Shown piece after piece: positions 27,819 to 41,191 of a DNA stretch of 60,000 nucleotides; the stretch's first letter is position 1, and every line of letters starts with the position of its first letter. A model generated the notes under the pieces. That model ran no database searches. It saw nothing but the letters and a program-made list of their open reading frames with translations, and was not told the DNA's origin. The stretch is taken from positions 2,048,001-2,108,000 of the forward strand of contig CM119371.1 in assembly GCA_051294905.1 (NCBI GenBank). The letters run 5' to 3'. This DNA is from Botryllus schlosseri. Lineage: Eukaryota. The position numbers and the translations under genes were made by a program.

Positions 27819-28073
27819 TCATGTAATATACCTAATAAAACGTATCTGAGATACGATGCAACCACACAATGACTCACATTTTAAAACTTCCAACTCAGTA
27901 TCGAGATCATTTGCAATCTCCTGGAGTTTCTGCAATTCGACTCTTTTTAGCATATCATTTTCATCCCGGTATATCAATGTTACTTTCTTCAAGTTAGAGT
28001 TGTTGACGAGAGACGAAATGTCATCGGGTGAACGACCAGATCGCAAGTTAAATATGCATCGGATATATTCGAT
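27819..28073 (-). CDS. Paralogous putative terminal exon with stop-loss (TAG to CAG) extension
   Basis: Same acceptor, open frame IEYIRCIFNL...CESLCGCIVSQIRFIRYIT*. Confidence 0.45.
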   Translation of the reverse strand: MEYIRCIFNLRSGRSPDDISSLVNNSNLKKVTLIYRDENDMLKRVELQKLQEIANDLDTELEVLKCESLCGCIVSQIRFIRYIT

Positions 28074-29883
28074 CTGCAGTGAGAAATTATGACTATTAAT
28101 ATTGTGTATTACAATGATGCCTACCACTATTGTTGACCATTTCACCAGGGGCCATCATGTATTACAATATACTTTGGATCACCAGTTTGGACAGTTTAGT
28201 CTGACCCGCTAGGCGATTCTGAAAAAATGGCCGTATTATCCGACACATTTCTAATACATGTTGAGATATTTAGTCGGAAACACTTACATTCTCTCAAGTC
28301 AGAAATTGTTGAGCATGTTCATAGGCCACATTATAACCATCCGACCGTGGTGTTGAGGTTACACTGTAGTCACCATCAGCAACAAGTCACTGCCATATGG
28401 ACACTAGTGTAACCATAGATCATCTTTTCTTTTTTGACTTTTTTTAAAGTGATCTGGCAACTGTAGGTGTGTCAATTTTTTTTTTCAAATATCATCGGCT
28501 TACTAGTCAAATTGTCTAAAACAGCGTTGTACACTAAATTTGACCCATCTCCAACCAGTGGAAGCTGAGGTCGGTCAAATTGAAATTGAAATAATAGTAT
28601 TTACGGTGACCAATTTTGTCACACAGACATGATCAAAAATAGTGTTCCAGGTACGCCCCGTGACAGGGATGTCTTTTTCACCTGTTTTCATCTTGATGCA
28701 AGCCTAGGGTGGCTTTTGGATGAAGACATCGCCAGTAAACGAAACAAATATACGACACGGACTACCTGGAAATTGGTCCACTTCGTTGAAATAGACATGT
28801 CAAAACGATGGTGAGATAATTTTCAAATAGAGTAGGCCTACTTTACACACCGAAATTAACAACCACGAAAAGAAAATGAACGAAGGAGCAGCTAAAATCC
28901 AAGTAAATATATTTCTCAAGTGATCTATATTGTTGGTCGGTCCAATGTAAATTTAACAGTGTCGATAAAAATGGCTGATCTTGCATATATTCGAATTGTT
29001 CTCGATACGCTGGTGTGACATGTAAGAGTGAGCAATCACCCTTTTGAATGATAAGTATAGATTGAGGCTATACGGTTATTTGAGTACTTTATCAGTTCTA
29101 CGCATGCGTGGGCGATACGAAGCCTTTTTTTACATTTATTTTAAACTAGATATAGTCGTCCCACGATTCCAAACTAATGGCAACTTCCAAACAGCTACCG
29201 GTATCGAAATGCGATGACGTAATTATGCTTCGTACTTCAAAAAATCAACTTGAATTGAACTATGACTTGACTCGTGACTTGACTTAACTCGACTTAACTC
29301 GAGCCACCTTTGAAAATAGGATGACTTGACTTGACTCGAGTCAATGTCAATGACTTGAAATGACTCGTGACTCGAAGGTAGTGACTTGGTTCAAACACTG
29401 CTGACAACACGCCACTATTCGGATCTGAAATCATGGATTTGCCAAAATAATGTAATTTATAATTTACTCACTTTTCACCTCCTCGTGTGTCAGTTGAACA
29501 TTTATGTTTGTCAGATTCCGACTGAATGGTTGAGATTGTCATGCAAACGTCTTTCACGAAAGAAATTTAGATGTATCGGAGGAACAGCCTCTCAAATGAG
29601 ATGTTATGTACGATGATATTCTGATGGCAATCCACTGTAATAAAAGCAAGAGTTGTTGCATAAAGTAGATTCAGTAAATGTAGCCATCTATAGAAAGCAC
29701 AACAGCCGACCATATTCATCTATATTCTATAGTCACAGGCTGAAAAGGTCAGGTTTTCCTCGGTGTTACTCAGGTAGAAGTAACATCATACGATTCTACT
29801 CAAGCGCAATTTACAAGTAACTTGAAAGACAAATGCCAGTTTTGCCTGAAAAATGAAAACTGTTTAGGTAGAAGTGTAAGTAG

Positions 29884-32392
29884 CAGACATGGGGTAATCG
29901 CGATTAGTAATCGTAATCGATTACGACGATTACAGCATTTTGAAGTAATCGTAATCGCAATCGATTACATTCGAAAAAATTCCGAAGTAATCGTAATCGT
30001 AATCGACTACTTCCCATATCTAATCGATTTTTTTGTGAAAGAACGATTACTTTTTGTTTGTTCAAGGACTATGACATAAACTGAATATTCGTGAACAAGA
30101 ATGAGATAATATACCACGATAGCGATAGCACAAACGTATGTTTTCAAACGCCACTACTCATTATTACGTCAGAAGTATTAGCTCCGCTCGTCATTGCATA
30201 GTAGTATCCACACTGACCACACATAGTAAACAGACATGCGATGAACATTGTAGTGTGATTGTAAGAACACTCCCGTGGTGTATATCAGGTTATCAATACA
30301 CTACAGTAGCCCCTACCTCGCAGCAGGATATTGATCACCACTCTGCCTATAGTTTCAAATAGTAACTTATGTATTGATGTCTGGTTGTGCTTAGCTAAAC
30401 GCAGTTTACCGTTGCTGCTTGGCGAGCAGGAGGCCTACGTACGAACGTGCACCTGACGAAGATTCGGAATTTTGTACTCGTCGAATAAAACATTGCAGTT
30501 TCCACAACGAAGCATTACAAATAAACAGCTGCTGATATATATCATAACCGAGCCGTGCTTAGCCGTTTCTCGTAACAGCAGCTCGCAGTGTAGCCTATGT
30601 ATTAAGTTGTAGGCAGAATTTTTATGTTCACTATATCTTATTCTCATATAACTACTTGAAACGGGCGTCAATCGTTATTTCACAGTTTGTTACTCAGCAT
30701 TTGGACCAGTCGCCATAACCATCCGCTTATATACCCAGACATGTTAGCGTGACTGTAGCTAAAATCAGAACCAAAACAGCAATTCGTCCCCCAGTCCAAC
30801 CGTTGGTCAATTTTCAAAACTGAATTTCGTCAATAATATTGGTAATGGCATTATATTACTATTCATTTATAACCTCTGTGCCCCGAGTGTCAGATTTACC
30901 TGTAGAGCTGGTGCACGTAATTCATAATTATATCATCTGGTATGTTGTTATAATTACTTCATTGTATGTTGTTAATTCGCGGCCTCCAGTCTGTTGTATA
31001 ATCAAAAGATATTGTACTCGCCCAAACGTAGCAGACTAAAAGAATATCTTTCGTGAGGCGCACACACAAATTGTCATGGCTTTATTCTTTTGTGGATGCG
31101 CCGGGTGGCATTTACATTGTGGGCCAAGATTGGAAGGACACGAGTTATTAGTCACGCCCACCCAGCGCGGCTATTGACAATGGACGAATACCCCAAGTTT
31201 CGGCCAAGGCATTTCTTTAGTATCACATCCCGTGGAGTTGCGTGTTGGCTGAAACTGCATATCCCTTTTGGTGTGTTGTGGGATCGTGGCGCGGTAATGA
31301 CCGGCTCCGAAATGCATGTTCCCATAAAATAGCCTACGCATGTTTTTTCTTGAGAGGAAGAGGTATGCATTTCAAACCCAGCTATCTACTGGAGCACGGG
31401 TCACCAACCGTTTTGAAACAAAAAGCTACTTCTTGTGTAGTGTGTACTGATTATTGCGACGACCGACGGGTTACCACTTACTCCCGTCGTTTATCCGTGC
31501 TCAGTTGGATTTCTTCACTTAGAGTAAGACAATCAGAGCACTGGGCCGGGTTTCCGCCCCTTACGAAGAACAAAAAACGCTCACTCGCCGGGACTCACAC
31601 CAGCTCCTCCAGGATCAGTTGCGTTGCTGCAGTGCGCGCTGAAGCGCCGATCTCCGCGTCGAGACTCGGGGATATTAGCTATAGATTCCCGTTGAGCCGC
31701 CGCGTGGGCGAAGACGAGCAATGCCCCGAGCGATAGCGTTCGTATGTTCCTTGCGGTCGGCCGACCCATGTTCAAGTGCGCCTCATATGAAACCAGCTTC
31801 AACTTTCAAATCTCTCATTTGGATATTTGCTACAGCGACCGCGGGCGACTCATTTGGTCCGCGTTGGTGACCCCTGTACTAGAGACATTTGAATCGCGAA
31901 GCTCGTAGAACATTTTCAAGAAATAATTAAATTCTCGAAAATACTCTATAATTTATGTTGGTTTACGAAATACTTTTGAGTTCCCTTCGAGCACACTCCC
32001 TACCCTATTAAGGAATTTGGGGTGCGGCAGGTAAAGACCTGGCAATAATACAAATCGTTGGGTGCGATAAATCATCCCCTATAATGTTGGGCAATTGGTA
32101 TATTATGACGTAATAAGCAAATGACGCATGCTGCATGAAGAGAGTTGATATCTCATTAAGCCTTTTCATCGCAATCCTTGTATTGTCTTCCAATATATCA
32201 TTTAATATTATAGTCCTATGAAGCAAAACAAATGTAATCGTGAGTAATCGTGATTACTTTTCAAATGTAATCGTAATCGTAATCGACTACTTCCTGATTT
32301 TGCTGTAATCGTAATCGTAATCGTAATCGCGTGATTCTGAAGTAATCGTAATCGCAATCGATTACATTCATGAAGTAATCACCCCATGTCTG
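29884..32392. mobile_element. Non-autonomous hAT-like element with GTAATC subterminal repeats
   Basis: TIR cagacatgggg / ccccatgtctg, perfect TSD gtaagtag. Confidence 0.92.
31395..31876. mobile_element. Nested hAT-like MITE
   Basis: TIR cacgggtcaccaac / gttggtgacccctg, TSD tactggag / tactagag. Confidence 0.85.
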
Positions 32393-32734
32393 GTAAGTAG
32401 TCCTGAATCATAACAACTCGAGTACGGTAATTAGTACTAGTACGCAAAACTTATTTGAGATTTGAGTACTTCATTACGGACCACCACTGCTTGCAGAGGA
32501 CCTGATTTGGTTTTCTAGTTTATTTCCCGTCCAAGCTTAGCAATGGATGTGTGTGCTTGAAGCGAGATGAAATATAGTTTGAGCATCGGCGGCTACATCG
32601 GAATGATCAGCAAAGGTTTAGTTATCGGTTTGATGGGTAGTTCATGAGATATCCGGTAATAGTCAGGCTCTAGTTCAACACACAATGGCAGGGGGCAGGC
32701 TAGTACACCGTACTCAACCAACCATTGGACCGGG

Positions 32735-32950
32735 AACTACTTAATTTTTAAAACAAGCAACTATAACTACTTATTTTCAAAACTAGAACTAGAACTACTT
32801 ATTTTTCAAAACTAGCAACTAGAACTGGAACTACTCAAGTTTTCAAAACAAGTAACTTGAAATAGAAGTATAATCACTCAATTTTTGAAAATTAGCAACT
32901 CGAGTTAAAACCGGAACTACGATATTTTCAAAATCCGTAGCTAGAACTAG
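32735..32950 (+). repeat. Degenerate tandem repeat (aactacttattttcaaaactagcaactag-like)
   Basis: Several imperfect units of about 30-40 bp; inverted relatives at about 3690-3785 and 33975-34065. Confidence 0.65.
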
Positions 32951-33784
32951 GAATGGCTACTAGGGTGGAGTGAAAAATGGAAAATTTTGAATTTTAAAAC
33001 GGACACTTAATATGTGGTGCCAAATTAAAAAAAAAATTCTATAATAATTTTGGGCTCGTGCAGCCTCTAGTCGTCGAAATTGACTAGACTTTACTATAGT
33101 CAATCTATATAATGACTCAGTTTGAACGCGAGTCATTGCGCATGACTCTGACCAAGTGATATGACTCGAGTCTCAAACGGCCAAGACCAACATACCATTG
33201 CAATTTCGAAGAATAGTGAAGTAACCACAGTGTTGGTATTTCATCAATTGCTGCTGGTACTTGAAAATGCAATCTGAAACTATTCAAAACGCGAAAATCA
33301 GTTTATATGTTTTAAATGTTAACCATTCAATATCGCCAGATATCGTTATAAAAAGTAGTTTTAACAAGACTAAATCGAAACTGAGCAGTCAACGCAATGA
33401 CTTCGACTCGGACTCGAGTCATAATATCATGACTTGGACTCGGAATTACTCGATGGTGAATTAAAAATGACTCGACTTGACTCGAGTTGAAACTATAAAA
33501 GTAAGATTGACTTGCGACTCGGAGCCTGTATGGTTGTCACTAAATGATTAAGAACTTCAACGTCACAAGATTTGAAAATAATACGTTCTGTTTTGGAATG
33601 ACCGCAAGATCAGACTACAGCTTCAATGACTACATCTACTTACTCAACCTTGTACATTGTGAATTTAACACTCACACACATACCTACACACAATCCCGAA
33701 GCCTGTACAATACATAAACAGAGCACGTCAGCACCACAATACCGACAAGTTTGTGCTGAATATTGAATATTGGCTCTCACGTAC

Positions 33785-33897
33785 CTGGTCATAGGAGTTC
33801 GAGACACAAATTACTCTTGTCCTCCTTTTGATTCTTTAGTTTCTTCTGTCGAAGCACACTGATAGCTTTGAATCTCACTCCCGTCCATGATCTTGCC
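33785..33897 (-). pseudogene. RBM28: RBM28-like exon B copy
   Basis: tttcag|GKIMDGSEI...(shift) KEDKSNLCL..., ccag|gtac donor; lies downstream of exon A at 34865. Confidence 0.65.
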
Positions 33898-34492
33898 CTG
33901 AAACAATACATAAACACACAGTTGCAGCCAGATTTATACATACTACGAATCTAGTCAGTCGACGGTCATTAACTACTGGTTATCCCGTAGTGCTAGGTCT
34001 AGTTACAATTTTTTTTAATGCGAGTAGTTCTAGTTGCATTAAGGAATAAGTTAGTTGCGAAACTATAAAACACGTGTCACCGTTCTGTGAATCGTGATAT
34101 CGGTGTTCTATTGTGCGTTGATGTTGCATTGCTAGCTAAGAGTCATCACTACTAACAGGGGTTAAGCCCGGTGGTGGGTTTTGATTCACGGAAGCCCTTT
34201 CATCGCAAGCTCGATATCCTGGCCGTTTGTAATGCCGAATCTATCTCCAATATTTTTTAGATTGTTTGTGATTCAGTAATTCGTATTATCCATTATTAGT
34301 AAGCTCTGTTTTAGTTAGTTGGTTTCAAGTCATCAGAGATAGTTAGTTCTATAAAATATAGTCTAGTTGTGGCTGCGAATTTTGGAAAATGAGTACCGTA
34401 CAGATTTTGCAAATCCAATAGTTAGTAAAGGTCTTGTTGCAGCGCCGTTAACAGTGGATTGAAAGTACCACTTAGCATGGACGCATATACAT

Positions 34493-34844
34493 TAGTGCGG
34501 AGCATGGACCGGAGCCGGGTTGGATATCCGGCCGGATTTTTTAAAATTTTGGTTGGACCGTATCGGAGCCGGATCAGTACTTCTTTGATAAGGCCAAAAT
34601 CTCTATGGATAAGCATGACGTTTGTAACTAAATAACTGCCAACCAACAACACGCAAGTTACCGCCAAGCCAGTGCGAAAAGAAACGAGCTATATTTTTAA
34701 ATTCATGGAACCACCGTACCGTGTTAGGTCGGATTTCCAGCAGGACTTTTTAATTTTTGGCCGGAGCCGGATCGGAGCCGGACCAAAGAATTGACAAACC
34801 GGATCGGAGCCGGACCAGAGAATTTGTCGATCCGCTCCTCACTA
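34493..34844. mobile_element. 352-bp MITE with ccggatcggagccgga subterminal repeats
   Basis: TIR tagtgcggagc / gctcctcacta, perfect TSD atatacat; sits in the intron after exon A. Confidence 0.88.
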
Positions 34845-34864
34845 ATATACATACGTTTCCTCGC

Positions 34865-34968
34865 CATTCAGCTCGCCGATACAATTTGTCGTTTCTTCCG
34901 GGGTCTTGTATTGGACGTAAGCACATCTCTTGGAGTGGCTGATGGGCTATGGCAGAATTGCTGACGAA
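34865..34968 (-). pseudogene. RBM28: RBM28-like exon 'A' (RRM3 RNP1), least decayed copy
   Basis: SHSKRCAYVQYKTPEETTNCIGELN vs human [21 protein letters not shown]; tag| acceptor, donor reads gcgag. Confidence 0.75.
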
Positions 34969-35240
34969 CTACACAATATATATTGAAAATGTGACAGCGA
35001 CGTATTCAAATACACAAATACATGCAGAAAAACACGAGTTGTACAGCGTATAAGGAGTCTTACATTTTTTTTCAAATTCAACTGACTACATGATAAAGTT
35101 GTTAGTTTGGCTATAAAAACTCACTACACCAAACTTGGTTTAATACCAATCAGTAGCCGCGTTGCTACAAGAGATGAAAGATTTAGATATAGCCTAATAT
35201 ATAAAAATTAAATAATTTTTTTTTAATACTTTCTGATTAC

Positions 35241-35807
35241 CAGGGTTGTGACCAAGTCACAAGGTTCCGAGTCACAAGTCAATCTCACTTTTATAGTTTT
35301 GACTCGAGTCAAGTCGAGTCATTTCAATTCACCACCGAGTCAAGTCCGAGTCCAAGTCAGCGAGCGGAGTGCCGAGTCCGAGTAATAGAATTATGACTCG
35401 AGTCCTAGTCCAAGTCATTGTGTTGACTGCTCAGTTTCCAGTTGAAGTCTTGGTAAACCCACTTTTTATAGCTCTGTTTGGTGATATCGAATGGTTCGCA
35501 TTTATAATATGCCAATTTTCCTCACTTTCAGCAGTTTATGGTCGCATTTTCAAGTACCAGCGCCAACAGACGAAATCCCAATAGTGTGTTGGCTTCAGAA
35601 TTACAATGAAATATCGGTCTTGGCCGTCTGAGTCTCGAGTCATGCGCAATGACTCGAGTCCAAGTCGAGTCAGTACACAGAATGACTCGAGTCGAGTCGA
35701 GTCATTTCCGTATTTTGAATAAATGACTCGAGTCAAGTCGAGTCATCAGAAAATCGTGAGTCGAGTCGGACTCGAGTCGAGTCATGACTCGAGTCATTAC
35801 AACTCTG
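35241..35807. mobile_element. MITE rich in GACTCGAGTC repeats (reverse partial copy at about 33080-33525)
   Basis: TIR cagggttgt / acaactctg, TSD ctgattac / ctgatcac. Confidence 0.85.
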
Positions 35808-36011
35808 CTGATCACCCCATGAAATTTATAGTTTTTCGACAGAAACGCTGCCAAACAAATTTGTTCAATTCCAACCAATGGAAGCGGAGTTATTGCAGTC
35901 GAAAAATTAGGATATGAAAAAATTAATAACCTGCCCACCGTGAATACGACACCAATTATTCATATCCAAATTTCCGACTGCAATAACTCCGCTTCCACTG
36001 GTTGGAATTGA

Positions 36012-36209
36012 GCTAAATGTAGGATTGATGTTGAAACTTCTCAAAGCTTCAAAAGCGTGTTCGACTTTTCATGCTTGAAATCGATGACTGCGTATCAGAG
36101 CTATCTTCTAACTTCTAATATTTACGCAGGGATTTATCAGATCTCGTATCACTCGAGATTCAGTGATAACTACACCGCGTCGATCTTTGAATTGGAACAG
36201 GAGAAGTTG
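36012..36209 (-). pseudogene. RBM28: RBM28-like exon 'D' (RRM4), truncated by a palindromic repeat
   Basis: atttcag|QLLLFQFKDRRGVVITESRVIRDL...YAVIDF...VEHAFEALRSFNINP vs human [24 protein letters not shown]...[24 protein letters not shown]; contains stops and frameshifts. Confidence 0.78.
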
Positions 36210-37028
36210 CTGAAATAGGATGGCATCATTTTATCAAAGAACTCATTGAGTAGGCTAAACATGTTAGCCGTTTCCAAAGAAGAGCAACACATTCGACTCC
36301 GCTATTTTGGACAGTGTTGTTCTGCTCCCTTTTGGCCAAATTAAGTTGGGACACTGCTTTGTTCAAGTTAACCGTAAATTTAATTGCTCCTTCATGGCTG
36401 TGCATTACTGTATTCGGACTGTTCAAAAATAACCTTTTCTCTGGATTGCAGCCATTCGGTGAATAAATAGTCAGGTTACCCTAAAAAACGCTGCACACCA
36501 AATTTGGTTCAATTCTGACAAGTATAAGGCTCCGCAGATCCAATTAAAATTTTCGATTCGCTGGGGAAGATATAAAAAAAAAATCAAGGATAATAATAAG
36601 AGAATTATCAACGAAAAACTCGAATAACTCCTCTTCTACAAGTTGGAATTGACTGAAATTTGTTTTGCATCGCTTTTGAAGACAGCTCAACAATATCATG
36701 GGGTTGACAGTAACAATATCAATTTTTTTTTCAATTTGACCTAATAAATTAAATTTTGAATCTAATTTTGAAAAATTGTGTAGCTTCAACTGTGATTATG
36801 ATCTAATTTGAAAAAAAAACAGTATAATTATAATTCTAAATGTAGTATAATTTGTACAAAAAAGCTAGCTAGCTATCATTCTAATTCCAATCTAATTTGA
36901 ATTTGAAAATGATCTAGTTGTCCCAATCTGGCTGAGAAAACTCAGTTATCGTGTGAACCCCGGTTAGAAACCCCTGCTGCAAGTTAGCTTAATGAAAAAG
37001 TATGCTAATAGTTACGGTTATGACATAC

Positions 37029-37172
37029 CTTCAGCTTTTGACACTTCTAGTAAGATTGTCAGCAAATAATCGAGTTGTACGTCTGCATTTTTCAGTTTGG
37101 CCCGATTTGCTTTTTCAATCTTCACACGTTTCTTCCATTCTGTTGCGTTGAGACCTTCAGGGGCTTGCGTTT
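37029..37172 (-). pseudogene. RBM28: RBM28-like exon C copy
   Basis: TQAPEGLNATEWKKRVKIEKANRAKLKNADV..., colinear with 13872-14030 including splice sites; has small deletions. Confidence 0.8.
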
Positions 37173-38123
37173 CTACACAGAAAAATCACAGGTGGTCATG
37201 TAGTCTGCATCGCACTTTTCTACAAGTGTTAATCGGAGGTGTCTACCTAGCTTCACGCTGGGTTGCTATGACTCGATTTACCGGTGACTCAACTTGACTC
37301 GAGTAATTTTTTCAAATAACTCTACTCAAATAAATTGATGTGTTGAATCAACTTGCCTCGAGCAATTTCTTCAATAGACTTGACTTTAGGATTACCATAT
37401 TCTGGAATCGGGAAAGGGGGACAATTTTTCAAAATATTTAAACTTGGAGAAGTCAAATGTGTAGCGTTAGGCCAAAAATTGTCTAAATTGTTTACAAAGT
37501 AATAACTTTTTGGCAACCTGCGTTTCGTTCATTTTGTATATTTTGCAGTGTCTGTGAACTTGTCATTTGACATTTCACCGCTTGTAGCCTACTTTATAGG
37601 CCTGCAGTTGTAGACGGCCCATGGTCTGCTTATTGTGAATCGTAAACATTCAAATGAAACAAATAGGTCAACATGGTGCTCAACGTACCGCAATATCCCA
37701 ACTGCAGCTACACTGCGTGGACATTGCGAGGTTCTTATATCAAGAAGTGTTGTGCTACTAAACATTTTAATTATTTCTACCATAATCCGTGGTGTAACTT
37801 CTGCAATTCTAGATAGGGCCAGATTTTCTTAAAATAAAGTTAGAAAAATTTTCAGTTATCGATGCAAAAAAGTTTTTTCAGGCCATACTACTTCGTAAGG
37901 AAAGAGAGTTCAAACCGGAAATGAAGACAATTCTAACGTTATGTGGGAAAACACGTCATTTGTATACATTATTTTTTTAAATCGGTCAATAATGTCAAAA
38001 TATTGATTTGTAGGTCAAAATCGTTCATTTTTAGGTTAAAAATAAGCCCAGTCAAAACCATACACGTCATCAAATTCTCCGTTGGGATTGCCAGCATTCT
38101 GATTGCATTTGCATTTTCCTTAC

Positions 38124-38213
38124 CATTCATGGAGTCGATACAATTTGAAACTTTGTCGAAGGTGAGGTCTTGAATCGGACGAGAGCACATCCCTTGGACA
38201 TCCTAATGGCGAT
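38124..38213 (-). pseudogene. RBM28: RBM28-like exon A copy
   Basis: ttcag|IAIRMSKGCALVRFKT, then frameshift, ...NCIDSMN|gtaag. Confidence 0.72.
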
Positions 38214-38865
38214 CTGAATAGAAGATGTCATAAATGTGACAGCAACGTATTGGATTTGAAACATATGGATACCAGCAGGAAAATAATGTTCATGCATCTG
38301 AGATCTTATGATCATACATACAACACACTTGATATCAAAAAGAAACCATCAAGTTTCGCATTAAATTCAAATTTCTGATATTTATTTATTTATTTGATAT
38401 TTTTGGTATTTGGCATCGCCATGACCCAACATATCCATCACTGTTTCAATTCAATAGTGAAAATCGCCTAATAGTTTTATGGTCTTGTTCTACGTTCACT
38501 TTAGTTACAGAAAGTAGTAGAAGTCGACCGATATCGACATAGCCGATGATCGAGGCCAATGTTTGGAACATCGCTCCGAGTTCTCAGTCTCAGGAAATCG
38601 ACGACACAAAGGGGGCTGCGTGACAGATTGCCCTTGCAGGACAAGTTGAACTGGATGAGCATGCAGTGAAACTATGCTTCCTGCATCACAGCCTACCTCT
38701 ACTGGACTGATCTGTGATTTCGCATCATCTTTTGCTCTTTGGGTAACTCCCACATTTCAATGAATGTGCACAATGAAGCAATAATTGTTTTCTAGTTTAT
38801 TGATCAGCTTTCTGTGGCATGTACAAGAGACAACTGCCCTAATCGAACAGAACAGAATAGATCAG

Positions 38866-40553
38866 TAGGGCTGTTCGAAAAAATCTTTTTTTTTCTGAAT
38901 CTTGTTGGCTGGGTAAGATTATGTCAGGTGCTCCAGAAAAATTTAAAATACGCCCCCACAATCTCAGATTTTCATGAAAATTGGTAAGCCTGGAAAACTT
39001 TTCTTTCTGATATCAGAAAAACAAATTTTATAAAAATCGTTCAAGTATAGCCGAAGATGTGGACGTTCAAAAATTGCTGTTTTTGTGCTCGCTCAAACGG
39101 AAAAAACGTCAGAAATTTACACATGCAATTTAAATTTGCTATATTTTGGTCAAATTAGGGTCGTTGAGGGTGACACTTTCACACTTGTTCATTTATATCA
39201 TACTTGATACTTTGTCATCTTCTTCGACACCTGGGGTTGCATAGTCTGACCTTCAACCCCATGATTCTGTTCATGTCTTCAAAAATTGCTCACTCGTGAC
39301 GTCATTTTTAATTGCAAATATATTTTGGCTAAGAGGTGGTGTCATCAAGTGTAAGGTGTCATTGGAAAGCTCTTGACAAGGACTATCAAATTCAACAATA
39401 AAATTACTGGATATTGGATATTTCGAAATTCACAATTTTTTCAACACTTGTCTACCACAAATTTTTGTTAATGTGACGATGAGATATCCACTAATTTTAT
39501 TGTTGATTTTGAAAGTGCTTTCCAAGAGCTTTCCAATGATATCTTACACTTGATGATACCACCTGTTAGCCATGAGATATCTGCAATTAAAACTGACGTC
39601 ATGCATGAGTGCCTTCAAAAGTTATAAATAAAAGCATGGGTTCAAAGGTCAAGCTAGGCATCCCCAGGTGTCAAAGAAGGTGAAAATGCATTAAGTGTGC
39701 TGTAAATGGCCAAGTGGGAAAGTTTCACCCTCAACAGCCTTAATTTGATCGAATTATGGCAAATTTAAGTTACATGTATATATTTCTGCCATTTTTTCCG
39801 CTTGAGCGATCACAAAAATGGCAATTTTTGGACGGTCATACCTCCGGTTCTAGTCGTCGACCTTTTTTGATGAAATTTGGATTTCTGAAATCAGAAAACA
39901 AAGCTCTGTAAGCATGCCAATTTTCATGACGTTTCGAGAAGGTGGGAATATGGCATGGAGCACCTGAAATGTACTGACCCGGCTGCATCATTAAATCATT
40001 AGTTTGGCTTAAAAAACGATGCACACGAAATTGGAATTCATACCAACCGGTAAGCGCGGACTTAGTACAGTTTGAAAATTTTGAATACACCCAAAAATGC
40101 AAAAAAAAATTTAAATTTTTGGTCAACCCCAAGAAATTGTTGCGCTGTCTTCAAAAACGATCCAAAACAAATTTGACTCAATTCCAACCAGTAAAAGCGG
40201 GGACATTTGAGTTTTTCTTTGATAGTTCTGAGATTATCCTTGATCGGTGGATAATCCAAGAATTATCAACGAAAATCTCGAATAACTCTGCTTCTACTAG
40301 TTGGAATCGAGTCAAATTTGTTTTGGATCGTTTTTGAAGACAGCGCAACAATTTCCCGAGGATGACAGAAAAATTTGAAAATTATTTTTTATGGCATTTT
40401 TAGGTAATTTCTAAATTTTCACACCGTGCGAATTACGCCCTTACCGGTTGGAATGAATTCAAATTTCGTGTGCATCGATTTTTTAAGACAACCTGATGAT
40501 TTAATCACGTAGCTAACAAGGTTCAGGAAAAAAAGTTTTTTTGAACAGCTTTA
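38866..40553. mobile_element. Palindromic MITE of about 0.6 kb interrupted by 38911-39980
   Basis: Ends tagggctgttc / gaacagcttta; 39990-40506 is self-complementary about 40244; the left arm is restored after removing the insert. Confidence 0.75.
38911..39980. mobile_element. 1.07-kb palindromic (foldback) element, possibly Sola2-like
   Basis: Arms are inverted about a centre near 39450; termini GGG...CCC; 4-bp TSD ggct. Confidence 0.75.
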
Positions 40554-41191
40554 CTGCACAGCCTGTCGCAGTGCCTGGCGGAAGAGATGGACACACCCTA
40601 TTTTGCACCATTCACCCATGATTCAGCAACTACATGATACTGCACTATAGTGGTTCCAGACGCAAATGAATAGCTTTGTACAGCATAGAGGCAACTAGAG
40701 TGGAACATGGCGTTACTAAAAATCATGACTTTGCAGTTCCAATACAGCAGTTTTCTGAAGAAAATAGCTACAACCAAAAAAAAAATCATAATATTATCTT
40801 TGATTTGATATCACTTCATTTTTGGAGCGAAGTGACCATTGAAAACAATATTTTTTGAATATTTTTGGACGACAACATTTTTCAACAACTGATGCTTCAG
40901 CAATACCTAAACATGTTTTGCATATTGGAAAACAATATGCATGTAAATGCTGGTTTTATTGTTTCAATTGGGGTCACCTCTAAAGAGGTTGCCGACCGCT
41001 GACTTGGACAACTCGATAATTCTAGTTGTCTAATTTCACTGAATCAGATCGAAATGCCAGTAATCTAATTCTAATCTAATTTGGAAAAGTCCACAATTTT
41101 CTAGTTTCTCAAGTCTGACCGACCGGTGGTCTAGAGTAGGTCAACTCCACAATACCGAAGATTTTTTTGCTGAATATTAGACCACACATAC

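Larger units (their letters stand above)
18125..28955 (+). repeat. Segmental duplication copy 1 (approximate limits)
   Basis: Colinear direct similarity to 41503-58435 over about 10 kb, apart from copy-specific insertions. Confidence 0.92.

Noticed and set aside
31242..31736. 164-aa ORF
   Set aside because: It crosses the boundary of a nested MITE and has no recognisable domain; likely a chance ORF in GC-richer DNA.
32735..32950. CRISPR-like repeat array
   Set aside because: Units are degenerate without unique constant-length spacers, there are no cas genes, and the context is eukaryotic.
35280..35800. Regularly repeated GACTCGAGTC palindromes as a novel array
   Set aside because: They are subterminal repeats of TIR/TSD-bounded MITEs.
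38520..38860. Possible retroelement fragment
   Set aside because: Only a faint RT-like peptide (CHRKLINKLE) and no supporting motifs.
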